Positions 9,165-18,092 of a DNA stretch of 64,000 nt are shown piece after piece; positions within the stretch are counted from its first letter, which is position 1, and every line of letters begins with the position of its first letter. The position numbers and the translations under genes were made by a program. Below the pieces are notes generated by a model, which saw nothing but the letters and a program-made list of their open reading frames with translations, had not been told where the DNA came from and searched no databases. The DNA comes from an uncultured bacterium (GTDB lineage: Bacteria > Acidobacteriota > Aminicenantia > UBA2199): assembly GCA_965603365.1 (NCBI GenBank), contig CBFDCR010000012.1, forward strand, positions 21,935 to 85,934. Direction: 5' to 3'.

Positions 9165-10169
9165 ATGAAACGAAAAGAGATTGCATTAATCAAGGAAACC
9201 AGGCAGAAACAATTTGTAAAGAAAATTATGGACGCCATCTCTCCTTATATCAGCCTGAAGTCCTGCCACCGGGTGGCCATCAAGATCAACCTCTCCGGCT
9301 CCCGGGAAATCTACGCCAATACCCATTACGAGACGGTGGAATCCTTAATATTTTACTTGAAAGACCAATACGGTATTTCCGATATTTCGGTGATCGAGGG
9401 TTCTGACGGTGCCTATTTTTCCGGTAGGACCACCTGGGATATTTTCTACAAATTTAGATATAAAGAGGTGGAACTAAATGGGGCCCGCCTGGTCAATCTC
9501 GACGAGATGCCCCATGAACAGACGCTGAAAGTGGACACCGTCAGTGGGGAGAGGGAAGTCCATTTCACCACCTTCGATACCGATTATATGATTTCCGTCG
9601 TGCCCCCCAAGACCCATAATATTTTCCCGGTATTCTTATCCATTCCCAACATCATCGGCTTTGTTAAACCGGAAGAACGGGTCTTAATGTTTGGCGCCTC
9701 CCGCAGTGAAATAAGAAAAATCAATTTTTCCACCAATCCTCAATATTTTCAACTGATCGACAATTCCGGTAAAAATTTCAGTCGTCTCCTGACTAAAATC
9801 TCTCCCTCCATGGTGATTATTGATGGACTCCATGGAATGGAGGGCCGGGGTCCCATCAAGGGGAGCCCCGTGTTCCACGGCTTCGCCATCGCCTCAGAAG
9901 ATCCGGTGCTGGCGGATTCGTTAGCCACCTATGTGATGGGATTTGAAGTCAATGAGGTCTCTTATCTCCATTATGCCTTCAACGAGGGCCTGGGGAATAA
10001 TCGTTGGCAAAACGTGATCGGAGTCGATCCGCCTCAGGTCAAATTTCCTTACCGACCGCATCCGCTGCACCACAAGCAAAGGTCATGGAGGAGTCATCTG
10101 CAAAGAAAAAATCGCGGGAACCGTGAAAAACGTGAAAACCGCTTGCCGGAGAACCAGGAAAAAGAATGA
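9165..10169 (+). CDS. DUF362-domain protein
   Basis: 334 aa with DUF362-like core (VAIKINLSG...THY...IIDGLHGMEGRGPIKGSPV). Its stop overlaps the larB start (ATGA at 10166). Confidence 0.6.
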   Translation: MKRKEIALIKETRQKQFVKKIMDAISPYISLKSCHRVAIKINLSGSREIYANTHYETVESLIFYLKDQYGISDISVIEGSDGAYFSGRTTWDIFYKFRYKEVELNGARLVNLDEMPHEQTLKVDTVSGEREVHFTTFDTDYMISVVPPKTHNIFPVFLSIPNIIGFVKPEERVLMFGASRSEIRKINFSTNPQYFQLIDNSGKNFSRLLTKISPSMVIIDGLHGMEGRGPIKGSPVFHGFAIASEDPVLADSLATYVMGFEVNEVSYLHYAFNEGLGNNRWQNVIGVDPPQVKFPYRPHPLHHKQRSWRSHLQRKNRGNREKRENRLPENQEKE

Positions 10170-10942
10170 TCCGGCAATTAAATAAAAATATCCGCCTGTT
10201 AAAGTCCGGGGAACTGTCTGAAGAAGAGTTTGTAAAGTTTTTAAAAAAGTTACCCTATGAAAATTTAGGAAACATCAAACTGGACTTTCACCGGCCCTTC
10301 AGAAGAGGGCTGCCGGAAGTCATCTACGGCCGGGAAAAAAGTCCGGAACAATTACAAAAAATCATTCATAAGTACAAAGAACTGGCTGAAGATATTCTGA
10401 TTACGAAAGTCAACCCGGATCATGTCAAATTACTGCAATCCTCCTTCGGGGATTTAATCTTCCACGAAAAAGCCGGAATTATCACCTTTAATAAAGCACC
10501 GAAAGTCAAATTTGACAGTTCCGTTCTGGTCTTGTCTGCCGGGGCTTCGGATGAGGCTGTGGCCGAAGAAGCCTATATCTCCGCCCTATACCTGGGCAAC
10601 CGGGTGGAAAAGGAGTATGATGTGGGAGTGGCCTGCCTGTCCAGGGTATTGGATCTGAAAGAGAAATTTAATGAGCAGGGTGTCATTATTGTGGTGGCTG
10701 GCATGGAGGGGGCACTGCCTTCGGTGGTGGCGGGTCTTACCGCTACACCGGTCATCGGGGTACCCACCTCTGTCGGCTATGGGGCAAACTTCAACGGAGT
10801 GGCCGCGCTGCTGTCCATGCTGAATGCCTGTGCCGGAGGGGTGAGTGTGGTCAATATCGACAACGGCTTCGGCGCCGCCTATCAGGCCACCCTGATCAGC
10901 CAGAAGATCTGCCGGGCATCAAATTCCTGTACTTTTCCTTGA
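10166..10942 (+). CDS. larB: nickel-pincer cofactor biosynthesis protein LarB (PurE-like carboxylase/hydrolase)
   Basis: PEVIYGREKSPEQL, PurE-like VLSAGASDEAVAEEA, VVAGMEGALPSVVAGL, PVIGVPTSVGYG. Confidence 0.8.
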   Translation: MIRQLNKNIRLLKSGELSEEEFVKFLKKLPYENLGNIKLDFHRPFRRGLPEVIYGREKSPEQLQKIIHKYKELAEDILITKVNPDHVKLLQSSFGDLIFHEKAGIITFNKAPKVKFDSSVLVLSAGASDEAVAEEAYISALYLGNRVEKEYDVGVACLSRVLDLKEKFNEQGVIIVVAGMEGALPSVVAGLTATPVIGVPTSVGYGANFNGVAALLSMLNACAGGVSVVNIDNGFGAAYQATLISQKICRASNSCTFP

Positions 10943-11405
10943 GTTTTTGGTCCACCACGTCGGGTACCATTTTTTTGATCTCACCGCCCAACTGGTATAT
11001 TTCTTTGACCAGGCGGGAACTCAAGAACGAGTAACATATCGACGGCACCAAAAATATGGTTTCGATTTCAGGCTCTAACTTGCGGTTCATCAAGGCCATT
11101 TGAAATTCCACTTCAAAATCCGATATAGCCCTCAAACCCCTGACCACCGTGGTGATATTTTTCTTCTTCACATAATCCACCAGCAGCCCTTCGAAACAAT
11201 CCACTTCGATCCTGGGGTTATCGGCAAAGGTATTTTCTAAAATTTCGAGCCGTTCCTCCAAACTGAACAGATAAGTCTTGGCGGGATTCTTTAAAACCGC
11301 CACCATTATCCTGTCAAAGATCTTGAGTCCCCGCTCGATGATATCGACGTGGCCGTTGGTCAGGGGATCGTAAGACCCCGGATACACTGCATTTTTACCT
11401 GTCAT
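10896..11405 (-). CDS. coaD: phosphopantetheine adenylyltransferase
   Basis: AVYPGSYDPLTNGHVDIIERG and RGLRAISDFEVEFQMALMN, the classical CoaD motifs. Confidence 0.9.
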   Translation of the reverse strand: MTGKNAVYPGSYDPLTNGHVDIIERGLKIFDRIMVAVLKNPAKTYLFSLEERLEILENTFADNPRIEVDCFEGLLVDYVKKKNITTVVRGLRAISDFEVEFQMALMNRKLEPEIETIFLVPSICYSFLSSRLVKEIYQLGGEIKKMVPDVVDQKLKEKYRNLMPGRSSG

Positions 11406-11965
11406 TTTGTTCCTCTGAGTTTGTTTAAAATATTATCGATATTTCTGTAAAGTCCTTCTATAGTTCCGTCATTGATAATATGATAATCGGCGATGGCAAT
11501 CGGGCCGGCCTTTTCGATATTCTTTATTTCAAAAAAATCACGTTCATCGACCTGCTGCGGTGTGAGGGGCCTTACCTTTCGGGTTCCAAGCCTCCGGTAT
11601 CTAATCTCCTTCGACGCATGTAACGCCAGGATAAAAAAAAGTTCGTGGTATTTTTCTTTTAAGTATAAAAATTCGGAAAAGCTGTACAGGCCGTCGATTA
11701 CGACATTCAAACCGGCCTCCAACTGCGAATCGATGTCGTGTACGGCCCTCCTGGCAATGACATCTATGCCAGATTCTTCGCGTAAGTTTTCCCTCACGAC
11801 TCTCTCATTGGCACTATTAATCTCCAAATTTCTTCTCTCGATCTCTGCCAGTACATAGCCGCCAAAATAGACAGACTTGAATCCCTTCACTTCTTCGATG
11901 TATTTAGTCGCCACCGTTTTTCCGGTTCCGCACATCCCCACTGTTGCCAGAACACATTCACTCAT
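11402..11965 (-). CDS. P-loop nucleotide/dephospho-CoA-kinase-like protein
   Basis: P-loop GMCGTGKT; 187 aa. Translationally coupled (4-nt overlap) to coaD. Confidence 0.5.
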   Translation of the reverse strand: MSECVLATVGMCGTGKTVATKYIEEVKGFKSVYFGGYVLAEIERRNLEINSANERVVRENLREESGIDVIARRAVHDIDSQLEAGLNVVIDGLYSFSEFLYLKEKYHELFFILALHASKEIRYRRLGTRKVRPLTPQQVDERDFFEIKNIEKAGPIAIADYHIINDGTIEGLYRNIDNILNKLRGTK

Positions 11966-11977
11966 AAAATGGTTCTC

Positions 11978-12562
11978 CTACTGTCCATATTTGATCTTAT
12001 CTTCGATAATATCATGGCTCTGCCACTCTTTGACCCAGTCGTCCACCAGAAAGGGCATAAGTTTTTTACCTTTATCCTCAACCGAGGCAACGACCCGTTT
12101 TAAGCCGGCGTTGATGATCATCTTCTTGCAGATGAAGCAGGGAAAGGCATTGATGATCTTGCCCGTCTCCCGGTTCTCGCCGTAGATGAACATGTCGCCC
12201 CCCAGTAAGCTGACCCCGGCCCGGGCCGCATTGATGATGGCATTCTGCTCTGCGTGTACCGAACGGCACAATTCATACTGGGTGCCGGAGGGAATCTTTA
12301 ATCTCTGCCGCAGGCAGAAGTCGTGTTCGATGGAACTGCGGGTATGACGTGGCGCACCCACGTAACCGGCGGCAATAATCTGGTCCTCCTTGACGATGAT
12401 GGCCCCTACCAGGACCTTCAGGCAGGTAGACCTCTGGGACACCACTCTGGCAATATTCAGATAGTATTCGTCTTTCGGGGGTCGCGGTATCACTTCACAT
12501 TGTATCAAGTTATCCCCAAAATGTCTAATAAATTCGATTTGAATTTTTAGAAAAATCATCAT
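11978..12562 (-). CDS. dCMP deaminase (ComEB/zinc cytidine-deaminase fold)
   Basis: HAEQNAI and PCFICKKMIINAG zinc motifs. The track ORF extends to 12694, but the homologous part starts near Met at 12562. The upstream extension overlaps a divergent gene. Confidence 0.8.
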   Translation of the reverse strand: MMIFLKIQIEFIRHFGDNLIQCEVIPRPPKDEYYLNIARVVSQRSTCLKVLVGAIIVKEDQIIAAGYVGAPRHTRSSIEHDFCLRQRLKIPSGTQYELCRSVHAEQNAIINAARAGVSLLGGDMFIYGENRETGKIINAFPCFICKKMIINAGLKRVVASVEDKGKKLMPFLVDDWVKEWQSHDIIEDKIKYGQ

Positions 12563-12573
12563 ATAATTGGGAT

Positions 12574-12855
12574 ATGAATCCCGGAACTTTTTCGCAGTTG
12601 AGCGACACCTCGGTGGAGGCCGAAGCGGTACAGATCGAATTGCTGCGAACATTAACGCCGGGTCAGCGGGCTGCCAAAGCCCTCTCCCTGTCACAGCAGG
12701 TGATTAACCTTTCCAAACGGGCCATCCGCCGCCGCCATCCCCACTTGCGTGAGTTTGAACTCAAGATCCTCTACCTCCACCACTTCTACGGCCCCGACAT
12801 CGCCGAAAAGGTGCGAACCCATCTGGAGAACAAACACCCCAATGATAACCAATGA
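12574..12855 (+). CDS. hypothetical small protein
   Basis: 93-aa ORF with ATG start. No family recognised. Confidence 0.35.
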   Translation: MNPGTFSQLSDTSVEAEAVQIELLRTLTPGQRAAKALSLSQQVINLSKRAIRRRHPHLREFELKILYLHHFYGPDIAEKVRTHLENKHPNDNQ

Positions 12856-13107
12856 AATCCAGACCGCATTAACCCCGCTGATTTCCGCTGCTCTTCATTT
12901 TTAATTAAGTTGCCTAAGTCCAACTTACCCGGCATTTCAGCCTCCTTCATCGCTGTTTCAGGAATTCTTATGGGTATTTATTTTCATAATAATATAAAAA
13001 AGTCAAAGTTAAAGAGATTATTTTATATAATTTTCAAAGTACAAGGTAAACCCAGGAAGGCCGGTTTCCCCAACTCCCCTGAAAATATCTCCGGAATGAT
13101 TTTTTGC

Positions 13108-13136
13108 TTGACATTTTTGGATGGAATGGGTATAAA
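13108..13136 (+). promoter_or_regulatory. sigma70-like promoter (TTGACA-17 nt-TATAAA) upstream of precursor peptide 1
   Basis: TTGACA at 13108-13113 and TATAAA at 13131-13136, about 70 nt before ATG 13208. Confidence 0.45.
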
Positions 13137-13207
13137 TGTGGTGGTGAAATCGATTCGAGCTGAAGATACATTGTTGGCAGATATTAAATAAAAAAAGGAG
13201 ATATCCC

Positions 13208-13369
13208 ATGACAACCAGGAAATTTGACAAAAAATTGGTTCTGAACAAGAGAACCGTGTCCCACCTGGACAACAAAGAGATGAAAAACTTACATGGTGGG
13301 GCGAAAGTTACCCAAAGAGAAACACTATGCCCCCCCACCTGCCTTACCTGTAATTGGGAGTGTCTTTAA
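13208..13369 (+). CDS. RiPP-like precursor peptide 1 (double-glycine leader, 4-Cys core), 53 aa
   Basis: Own translation: MTTRKFDKKLVLNKRTVSHLDNKEMKNLHGG / AKVTQRETLCPPTCLTCNWECL. AGGAG lies 7 nt upstream. The leader is paralogous to those of 13399-13551 and 18794-19042. Confidence 0.75.
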   Translation: MTTRKFDKKLVLNKRTVSHLDNKEMKNLHGGAKVTQRETLCPPTCLTCNWECL

Positions 13370-13398
13370 AGCCGGTGAGTCTTTACAAGAAGGTAATC

Positions 13399-13551
13399 GT
13401 GAAGGCCAAAAAACTTAACAAAAAGCTGGTTTTGAACAAAAAGACCATGTCCAATCTGGACACAGAGGAGATGAACCGCATCCACGGCGGAAAATTCACC
13501 TTTGATTTCCCCACCTGTTACTACAGTTGCCATACCTGTTTCTGCCCGTAA
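13399..13551 (+). CDS. RiPP-like precursor peptide 2 (double-glycine leader, 4-Cys core), about 50 aa
   Basis: GTG 13399 gives (M)KAKKLNKKLVLNKKTMSNLDTEEMNRIHGG / KFTFDFPTCYYSCHTCFCP. Start chosen by alignment with peptides 1 and 3. The track shows a TTG-extended 65-aa ORF from 13354. Confidence 0.7.
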   Translation: MKAKKLNKKLVLNKKTMSNLDTEEMNRIHGGKFTFDFPTCYYSCHTCFCP

Positions 13552-13613
13552 TAATTTCCTCTATTTTGAGATTTAGCGTTAGTGGTAGTGGTATAAATCT
13601 CGACTTTTTTTGT

Positions 13614-15494
13614 TTAGCCTTTAAGCAGATTTAGCAGGCCGGTGGTGAGGAAGGGGAGGTAGGTGATGAGCAGCACCGATGCCAGTTGGATGAAGAAGAA
13701 GGGCAGTACATCCTTGTAGATCTTAGCCATGGGTTCATTGAAACGGTAGGAAGCCAGGAACAGATTGAGCCCCACCGGTGGGGTCAGGTAGCCCAGTTCC
13801 ATGTTGGCCAGGAAGATGATGCCCAGGTGTACCGGGTGGATGCCGAAGATGTTGGCCAGCGGGATGATGAGGGGCACCACCACCATGATGGCGGAAAAGA
13901 TGTCCATGAAACAGCCGGTAATCAGCAAGGCCACATTGAGGAAGAGCAGGAATACGTATTTTGAGCTGATGGTGGCCTTGACCCAGGCGGTGAGCTGCAT
14001 GGGCACCTGGGCATCCACGATGAAGTAAGAGAGTCCCTTGGCTAAGGCCAGGATGGACAGCACCCCGCCAATAATGGGCAGGCATTTTAACAGTACCCCG
14101 GATAGGTCTCTGAGTTTCAGATCCCGGTGCACGATAAACTCGATGACAAAGGAATAGACGACAGCCAGGGCCGCACTCTCCACTATGGTGGTGAGTCCGC
14201 CAAAATAACTCACCAGGATCACCACCGGCAGTAAAATTTCCCAGATGGATTCCCGAACCGCGCTTAGAGCCTCTTTCAGATTGAAAGGTTCACGTTCTAC
14301 CTTGTTTCTGCTGGCGTAAATAATACCGAAGATGATCAGGGCCAGGACCATCACAAAACCCGGTATAATGCCGCCGACGAACATGTCTTTGATACTCACC
14401 CCCGCGGCTACCCCGTAGATGATAATGGGCAGACTGGGGGGGAACAGCAGCCCGATGCTGCCGGAAGCCGTTAATAGGCCGATACCGAAGCGGCGCCTGT
14501 ATTTACCCTGGATCAATACATAGGAGAGAAGACCTCCCAACGCCAGGATGGTCACCCCTGAGGCGCCGGTAAAGGTGGTAAAAAACGTACAGACCAGGAT
14601 GGCCATGATGGCTAAGCCGCCGGGAAACCAGGAAAAAAACGATTTAAACAGCCGGACCAGCCGTTCGCCGGCCTTACTTTCCGACAGGATGAAGCCGGCC
14701 ACCGTAAACAGGGGAATGGCGGGGATCGAGTGGCTGATGAGCATGGCATAGGCTTCGTTGGGGATGACCTCCAGGGGTTGCCCCATTCTGGCAAAGAGCA
14801 TGTAGGCAACACCCCCCAGCACCACGAAGATCGGTGTGCCGAATATGGCCGAGACGATCAATATGATGATTATGGGCACGGCGATCGCCCCGTTGACGGC
14901 GTGAAAAGCCTCCACCAATGGAAAGGTAAATGCCGGTACTGTATCGGTGAGCGCGCTCAGGATATTGACAATGGGTTCGAGGGCCAGCAGGGTGCCCAGC
15001 AGGAGGCCCAGGCTGGCAAAGAGTTTGTTCATGCCTTTTTTTTCCAGTCTGGTGACGAAGCGAATCGCCATCACCCCGTAACCAAAGACCATGACCGTGG
15101 CGATGAGCTGGATGGAGATCTTGCCGATTTTATTGGCCGGATCGAAACCGTTGAGAACCAGGGAGAGGGAACTCCAGGCCAAGGCGGTGGTAATCATGGC
15201 CGACAGCAGCGCCAGCCCGGTTTTGATCCAGGTCTTTAAGGGTTCCGGTGTTTTCAATTCTAAGGATAACGAGAGGTGTTTGCCCTCCCGGGAGGTAATC
15301 ATGCCGCCGATAAAGGTGATGACTAAGACCAGGTGGTGGGTATACTCGGTAGAACCGGCCACACCGGTGTGGAAAAATTTACGGGCAATGACTTCCATGA
15401 AGGGAAACATGGCGATCAGGAAGATGAATATATAAGCCAGCAGGTTCTCTAACTTCTGTAAATAGAGAAAAATATTTTTAATTTTTATTTTCAT
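13614..15494 (-). CDS. TRAP transporter fused small/large permease (DctQ-DctM fusion)
   Basis: 626-aa polytopic membrane protein. The N-terminal ~160 aa are DctQ-like and the rest DctM-like. Downstream of the SBP gene with a 17-nt overlap. Confidence 0.8.
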   Translation of the reverse strand: MKIKIKNIFLYLQKLENLLAYIFIFLIAMFPFMEVIARKFFHTGVAGSTEYTHHLVLVITFIGGMITSREGKHLSLSLELKTPEPLKTWIKTGLALLSAMITTALAWSSLSLVLNGFDPANKIGKISIQLIATVMVFGYGVMAIRFVTRLEKKGMNKLFASLGLLLGTLLALEPIVNILSALTDTVPAFTFPLVEAFHAVNGAIAVPIIIILIVSAIFGTPIFVVLGGVAYMLFARMGQPLEVIPNEAYAMLISHSIPAIPLFTVAGFILSESKAGERLVRLFKSFFSWFPGGLAIMAILVCTFFTTFTGASGVTILALGGLLSYVLIQGKYRRRFGIGLLTASGSIGLLFPPSLPIIIYGVAAGVSIKDMFVGGIIPGFVMVLALIIFGIIYASRNKVEREPFNLKEALSAVRESIWEILLPVVILVSYFGGLTTIVESAALAVVYSFVIEFIVHRDLKLRDLSGVLLKCLPIIGGVLSILALAKGLSYFIVDAQVPMQLTAWVKATISSKYVFLLFLNVALLITGCFMDIFSAIMVVVPLIIPLANIFGIHPVHLGIIFLANMELGYLTPPVGLNLFLASYRFNEPMAKIYKDVLPFFFIQLASVLLITYLPFLTTGLLNLLKG

Positions 15495-16488
15495 GCAGCT
15501 TTCGGTATTCTTCCAGATAACCGTTTACCTTCTCATAGATCTCTTTAGAAAAGGCTTTACCCACCAGTACGTCCATTCCTTTGAACGACTCGGACCTCCA
15601 GGCGGAAACTGCGTCTTCCGTGACTTCGTGAATTTTTAGACCGTTTTCGATCATGGTGTCGATGGCCTCTTTCTCCAGTTGACCGATTTCCCCGGATAAT
15701 TTTTTTTGAAGTCTCCGGGTAACCGCCAGCATTTCCTCTCTATACTTTTCGGGGATGCGCTGCCAGACCCGCTGGGAGAGCACGATGCCGCCCACTAAGG
15801 GGGCGATTTTAAGAGAACTCATATGGGGGGCCAGGCTGAAATATTGACCCGAGGCGGCTATCAGGGGCGGGAGGTAAAAGGCATTGACCATGCCGCTCTG
15901 CAAGGCCATCATCAGATCCTTTAAATTCTGAGGTACCACCTGGTAGCCCGATTTCTTCCAGGCCTGCTCCATCCGGGGTTCACCGGTGGTGAAGGATATC
16001 TTGTACTTCCGCATATCTTTGGGGTATAATACCGGTTTCTCGGTGAAGAAGTTGATCCAGCCGGATTTGGTCCAGATAATCAGCTTAAATCCCTTGCCCT
16101 CGATTTCCTTCTCAAATTGAGGTATCAATCGCTCTAACACATAGTCGAGCTCCGCTTCGGAGTTGAACAACAGGGGAATATTCAATACGTACATTTCCTG
16201 GTATAATTTGATGAGGCCCCAATTGGTCAGGGCAGCGCCTCCCAGGATACCCATCCTCATTTTGCGGATGGTATCTTCTTCGTTTCCGGCAATACCGCCG
16301 GGATATATCTTGATTTTGACTGTGCCGTTGGTGATCCGGGCCCACTCTCTGCCCAGCTCTTCCATGGCCTTGTCCCAGGGCGACCGGTCAGGGGCAATGC
16401 TGCCGAGTTTGATGGTCAAGCCCAGGGCAGATAGGCTGAAAAGCATTATAATCAACAGGAAAAAAAAAATGGTTTTGTTTATTTTCAT
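15478..16488 (-). CDS. TRAP transporter substrate-binding protein (DctP family)
   Basis: Signal peptide plus a DctP-like fold sequence (GSIAPDRSPWDKA...). Lies between the TatT-like and permease genes. Confidence 0.75.
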   Translation of the reverse strand: MKINKTIFFFLLIIMLFSLSALGLTIKLGSIAPDRSPWDKAMEELGREWARITNGTVKIKIYPGGIAGNEEDTIRKMRMGILGGAALTNWGLIKLYQEMYVLNIPLLFNSEAELDYVLERLIPQFEKEIEGKGFKLIIWTKSGWINFFTEKPVLYPKDMRKYKISFTTGEPRMEQAWKKSGYQVVPQNLKDLMMALQSGMVNAFYLPPLIAASGQYFSLAPHMSSLKIAPLVGGIVLSQRVWQRIPEKYREEMLAVTRRLQKKLSGEIGQLEKEAIDTMIENGLKIHEVTEDAVSAWRSESFKGMDVLVGKAFSKEIYEKVNGYLEEYRKLHENKN

Positions 16489-17468
16489 TTAAAACCTTCC
16501 TCCTCATGGCAATTTGTATCGTCGTCCGATTGATCGGCATCGTACTCTATAAAGTAATCCCCCACATGCTTCAGCAAGAAGCAGGCCTTGCGGCGGTTGA
16601 TGGTGTGGAGCAGCCGGTTTTCCGGATCAGTGTCCGGATCGATTTTTAAAACCTTTTCCAGCAGTTGTTTAAATTGAGCCAGATCCTGCTCCTTGACACA
16701 CACGGTGGTGGCCAGGGAGAGATATGCGGAAGTCGATTTTTCCCCCGAGGCATCTACGGCCGATTTGAAGTGCTGCCGGGCTTTGTTAAAATCTCCCCCC
16801 ATGTATTCGGGCATGGACCCGTAGTATAACACATAGAAATCGTGGAGGGCCCCCTGGTTAAAGGCAGGATCGAGTTCCAGCACCTTATCCATCATGGCCC
16901 TGGCCCGGGGTACCGTAATGCCCAGTTTCATGTCGAAGGGATCGATGGCAAAAGCACCCAGCCAGCCGGCGGCCGCCCAATAGAGCAGGGACACATCGTC
17001 TTTTTTCATATCTGCCAATGCTGCTTCATATTTCTTTTCATCCAGGGCCTTGCGGAAACCGGGGTGTTTGTGCTCCAGCCCATCCAGCAGGATGTCCCGG
17101 CCCCTCAAGTATAAATTCCTGGCCCGATTGTACATGAATTCCTGTTTTTTGTACTCTTCTTCGGAGAGCATGCTGGCGGGGGTCTGGATAAAGGCATTGG
17201 CGTACATGACATATAGACTGCCGATTCTTAACTGTAGACCCTCGTGACCCGGCACTGAGACCATCAGGCTTTCGTACATCTTGATGGCAAAGGGCAGGGC
17301 ATCGCCCACCAGTTCGGGGTCGTTATCGCCGGTAAAAACCGTACTCGATCCCGGTGCGGAAAGCATATCCGCCACCTTTTTAGTGGCCATTTTAGTGATG
17401 GAGCAGCCGCCGCTTAAGATGAGCAGCACCGGAATAACGATAAAAATAAGCATTCCTTTCCTTTTCAT
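16485..17468 (-). CDS. TatT-like TPR lipoprotein of a TPR-protein-associated TRAP transporter
   Basis: Lipobox LILSGGCS and a helical TPR-like body. The gene order T component, SBP, fused QM matches the Treponema TatT/TatP/TatQM arrangement. Confidence 0.6.
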   Translation of the reverse strand: MKRKGMLIFIVIPVLLILSGGCSITKMATKKVADMLSAPGSSTVFTGDNDPELVGDALPFAIKMYESLMVSVPGHEGLQLRIGSLYVMYANAFIQTPASMLSEEEYKKQEFMYNRARNLYLRGRDILLDGLEHKHPGFRKALDEKKYEAALADMKKDDVSLLYWAAAGWLGAFAIDPFDMKLGITVPRARAMMDKVLELDPAFNQGALHDFYVLYYGSMPEYMGGDFNKARQHFKSAVDASGEKSTSAYLSLATTVCVKEQDLAQFKQLLEKVLKIDPDTDPENRLLHTINRRKACFLLKHVGDYFIEYDADQSDDDTNCHEEEGFK

Positions 17469-17565
17469 CTTTTGCCTCCTCCTTGCCGTTGATATCCAAT
17501 TAAATATTTTTTCATGCCTGTCTCTAAACTCTCTATTCTACAATAAATAAATAATCGTTTGGAAT

Positions 17566-17582
17566 CCAAACGAGTAAATTTA
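17566..17582. promoter_or_regulatory. palindrome CGTTTGG-aat-CCAAACG upstream of the TRAP operon (possible operator)
   Basis: Perfect 7-bp inverted arms read directly, about 100 nt upstream of the TatT-like start codon. Confidence 0.3.
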
Positions 17583-17689
17583 ACTTATATTATACTATAT
17601 TTTACGAAAAACGCTAATCTTTGGTCCATTTATCTTGAAATTTTACATAAGTTTAAACAATTCGGGGCTGCTGCCGAAGAGAAGTTTTT

Positions 17690-17719
17690 GTTGACTTTTT
17701 TGTATTATTGTTCTATAAT
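17690..17719 (+). promoter_or_regulatory. promoter module TTGACTTTTTTGT...TATAAT (copy 1 of a shared module)
   Basis: TTGACT at 17690-17695 and TATAAT at 17714-17719. The sequence through about 17745 is near-identical to the minus-strand module at 30790-30845. Confidence 0.55.
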
Positions 17720-17789
17720 AATAGCACAATGAAACAAAAAGAGAGCAAGTCAATCAATTTTGACAACATAAAAGAGGGAGGTTATCACC

Positions 17790-18092
17790 ATGATCAAAAA
17801 AGGTCTTATATTCATACTTTTCTTGTTACTGGTCGTCTTTGTTTCCTGCCGGGACAAATCTCTGGCAAATGAAGCTAAGATTGGGGAGAATATCCGCAGT
17901 GCCGTTGAACTGTTTCAAGCCGCGCCGGCCCGGGCGGTAGAGGGGCAAGAGAATCCGGCGGGAAAGGGTTTTAAATTACTCCTGGAGGCCGTGACGCTGA
18001 CCCTGCCGGATACGGATTTTCCCGATGAAGTGAAGGAGAAGATTCTGCTGGCCCGCCAGAAATTCCAGGCTGTTCCTGACATCTTTAAATAA
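17790..18092 (+). CDS. small lipoprotein; the reading frame continues after one in-frame TAA to 18308
   Basis: Signal/lipobox LLLVVFVSC, SD GAGGGAGG. ORF 18120-18308 is in the same frame, separated only by TAA 18090-18092. Confidence 0.5.
   Translation: MIKKGLIFILFLLLVVFVSCRDKSLANEAKIGENIRSAVELFQAAPARAVEGQENPAGKGFKLLLEAVTLTLPDTDFPDEVKEKILLARQKFQAVPDIFK

Noticed and set aside
12563-12694. N-terminal extension of the dCMP deaminase ORF
   Set aside because: The extension is Pro/Arg-rich and overlaps the divergent gene starting at 12574. Deaminase homology begins only after the Met at 12562.
12910-13191. 93-aa ORF upstream of precursor peptide 1
   Set aside because: It has a TTG start, no SD and no recognisable features. 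It spans the predicted promoter and 5'UTR of the precursor gene and is more likely non-coding.
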